Assembly: GCA_029953675.1 (NCBI GenBank)
Contig: JAMWBK010000013.1
Span: 62,001 to 126,000 of the forward strand
Source of the DNA: Rhodosorus marinus CCMP1338
Taxonomy: Eukaryota > Plantae > Rhodophyta
Direction: 5' to 3'
DNA length: 64,000 nucleotides
A program made the translations under genes and the position numbers. This document shows, in pieces, positions 61,788 through 64,000 of this stretch (the first letter of the stretch is position 1; the number at the start of each line of letters is the position of its first letter). The notes under the pieces are model-generated. The model saw only the letters and a list, made by a program, of their open reading frames with translations, had not been told where the DNA came from and did not search any database.

Positions 61788-63663
61788 TCACCGTTGACTC
61801 GATGTTGTCACGGTGGCGTTCCAACCGGGGTCTCCTCCATCAGCGGACTCCATGTCGGAGATGATGGTGTTGGACTCCTGCAGTCCAGCTTGGTCAACGT
61901 CGAAGTCCTCTTCCGATGAGCCCTGGCTTTCAAAGTCATCCAAATGCTCCGACCTCCGACGGAATCGGCCGGTTATTCTCCCCCAAAACCGTTTCTTCTC
62001 AGCTTTGTCCTCCTCCACTGGGCTCCTACAAGTAGGGCAGTTGGCATACTTGACCATCCACTTGTCCAAGCAGTTCTTGTGGTACACATGGTTGCAAGGA
62101 AGCCTGCGTGAAGAACGAGAGATGAGTTAGACGTTCCTTGAGGGGGGACGCAGTAGCGACTGTGCTATAGCACAACACCTACCTCCTCACTAGTTCTCCA
62201 GTCTCATACTCGCACAAGCAAACGGTGCACTGCTCATCACAGCTCTGAGCTTCCATTTCGCCCGGGGGGGCGTCGCCAGGGTAAGCGTACGCTGGCATAA
62301 TCCTGTTGATCTCGCGCTTGCTTAGGCCCGGAGAGTTTCTGTTCGACGGCGCGTCGCTGCGTCCTCGGCGGATTCTGTACCAAGGTATGGCGAGGGCCAG
62401 AACCACGACCGCGAAAGGAACAATAATAAGGATCGCCACCCGGTAGAAGGACGCGTCTACTTGATCACAGGACTGATTACTGGTACCTCCACAGGGAAAC
62501 ATTTCAGCACCGACGTCTTGTATAGGGAAATCCATCATGTTGATCACGGATAATATCACCCTCTGTCCTTGATTCACTCGACCAAAGCCTTTCCTCCCGC
62601 AGGACAAAAGCTCGGTGTCTTCGTTAAACCGATCTATCTGATTTTGACCCAACAGGTAAATCTCGTTGACCTGGGTTTGAATCCCTTGCGGGTTCTCACA
62701 GTGTTCACCCTGAACCTTTCGCGTGGTGGTAAAGTAAGCACCACTCCCGCGCGTTGGGTAGGGGAGAGATCTGGATAAGAGAGTATAGCACTCCTCTCCA
62801 TCCTCGAGTTGGCAGTCGACGTCGTAGCTAAAGTGCAACGTCTCATCCGTTTCTACCGTTAGCTCACTTCGGAACTTCAGATCGGTCATCCGAACGACCC
62901 TCTCCTCGCAGAATCGACCAGCGAAGTACTCACTGTCGTTAGAGTTGCACTCGCAGACGCCTTCACTGGTGCAAGTGCCGCGTTCGGAGCAGACCCCCTG
63001 CAGTTCCTCTCCCCTGGGGCAAGGTTTGGACCCGGAGAGGAAGCCCACCTCCAAAGTCCCGGTGAGGTTCTCTTGGTCGTCCCTCTGCGGGTTCATGTTG
63101 TACAAATATATTGTCCATTCCTTCCCGCCCTCGAGGATAAGATACTGGTAAAACTTCTCTGTCCAAAATCCTTCCAAATCCTCTCTCAGAGGTGGATCAG
63201 CGGACTGAAACTTGGTAAACTGCAAATATTGTGTGCTGTCGTCCCGGATTGGCTCCGGTTCTTCGCTTCCGCGCTCTGTCGCCACAAGGTATGGCCTGGG
63301 TGCGAGGACGAACCGCGGTGATTGAATATCCGTTCGACGAAAATCAACTCGAACGTACTCAATTCCTTCTGCGGTGGCGTCGACGTTAAGTATCACCCGG
63401 GCCTCTTGTGGCTCAGAGGCGGAAGCGAAGAAACCGATGTTGACATTGAAATTTTCCGTTTCGTCGACAGCGCCAACCAAGTTCCCTAAATCCTGTTCCT
63501 GTTGAGCATGCGTATTGACTTCCTGCCTTTCGCTCACTAACTCCAGGCCCTTTTCATCCATCGCGACCCCCTCCACCAGCGCAACAAAAAGCACCATCAA
63601 TACAGCACAACGATTCCATCCTCCAAGCACAAGCCTCTTCTTCCCAGACGCTCCCACGACCAT
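61788..63663 (-). CDS. Membrane RING-H2 E3 ligase (signal peptide, EGF-like motif, TM, RING-H2), 2 exons
   Basis: CSERGTC..CEC..AGRFC; TM VAILIIVPFAVVVLAL; CTVCLCE..LPCNHVYHKNCLDKW..CPTCR. Confidence 0.9.
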
Positions 63664-64000
63664 CTTTCAAAACAACAACAAAACTAATAAAAAAAACAAC
63701 TTCTCCTCCTCCACCGCAGCTCTTCCCCCTCCCACAAAAACACCAAAAACCAAACTGTCCCAAATCCCTCCTCCCAACCCACAAGCCCCCTCCAGTCCTC
63801 CCTCCCCTCTATAAATTCCACAACCCTTCCTCCCTCCCTTATAAAACTCTCTAACCAAATCCAGCATATATATGATATGTTCGATCCTCGAACAAGACCC
63901 CCCCAACCCCCTCCCCTCACCCCACCCAAATTGACTGGCTACAAACAAAAAGACCAGTGATGGGTCCGTTTTCGAGGCACCCGCCCTACAAAGCATCTTA

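Overview
Eukaryotic nuclear DNA with short GT-AG introns. Plastid- and mitochondrion-targeted genes suggest a photosynthetic lineage, most plausibly a red alga (inference). The window has two halves. The region 1-39.3 kb is a dense nest of non-LTR retrotransposons of the restriction-like endonuclease (RLE) class, CRE/Cnl1/MoTeR-like, from at least three families (here A, B, C). It also holds two Copia relics and three intronless secreted-protein genes: a beta-propeller/fascin-like protein, a Cys-rich protein, and an astacin-C2-EGF-C2 protease. The region 39.3-64 kb is gene-dense with intron-containing housekeeping genes: QCR10, OHCU decarboxylase, SPCS1, a PH-CAMK kinase, a bS18m-like protein, a SAM-carrier-like transporter, PDX1, DUF1995, a COG2521-like methyltransferase and a RING-H2 ligase. 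The main object is one intact two-ORF RLE element (about 26.3-31.2 kb). Its ORFs are coupled by a TAATG stop-start, its RT active site reads IHDD, and it is flanked by a 9-bp direct repeat (GGTTACGTT) that lies inside a telomere-like 16-mer (TAGTCTGGGGTTACGT). The same motif occurs at the turning points of two independent ORF1 foldbacks. One of these foldbacks is fused to an inverted copy of a host promoter, a Mu-killer-like hairpin configuration. All alignments and identities were done by eye, with no searches run.
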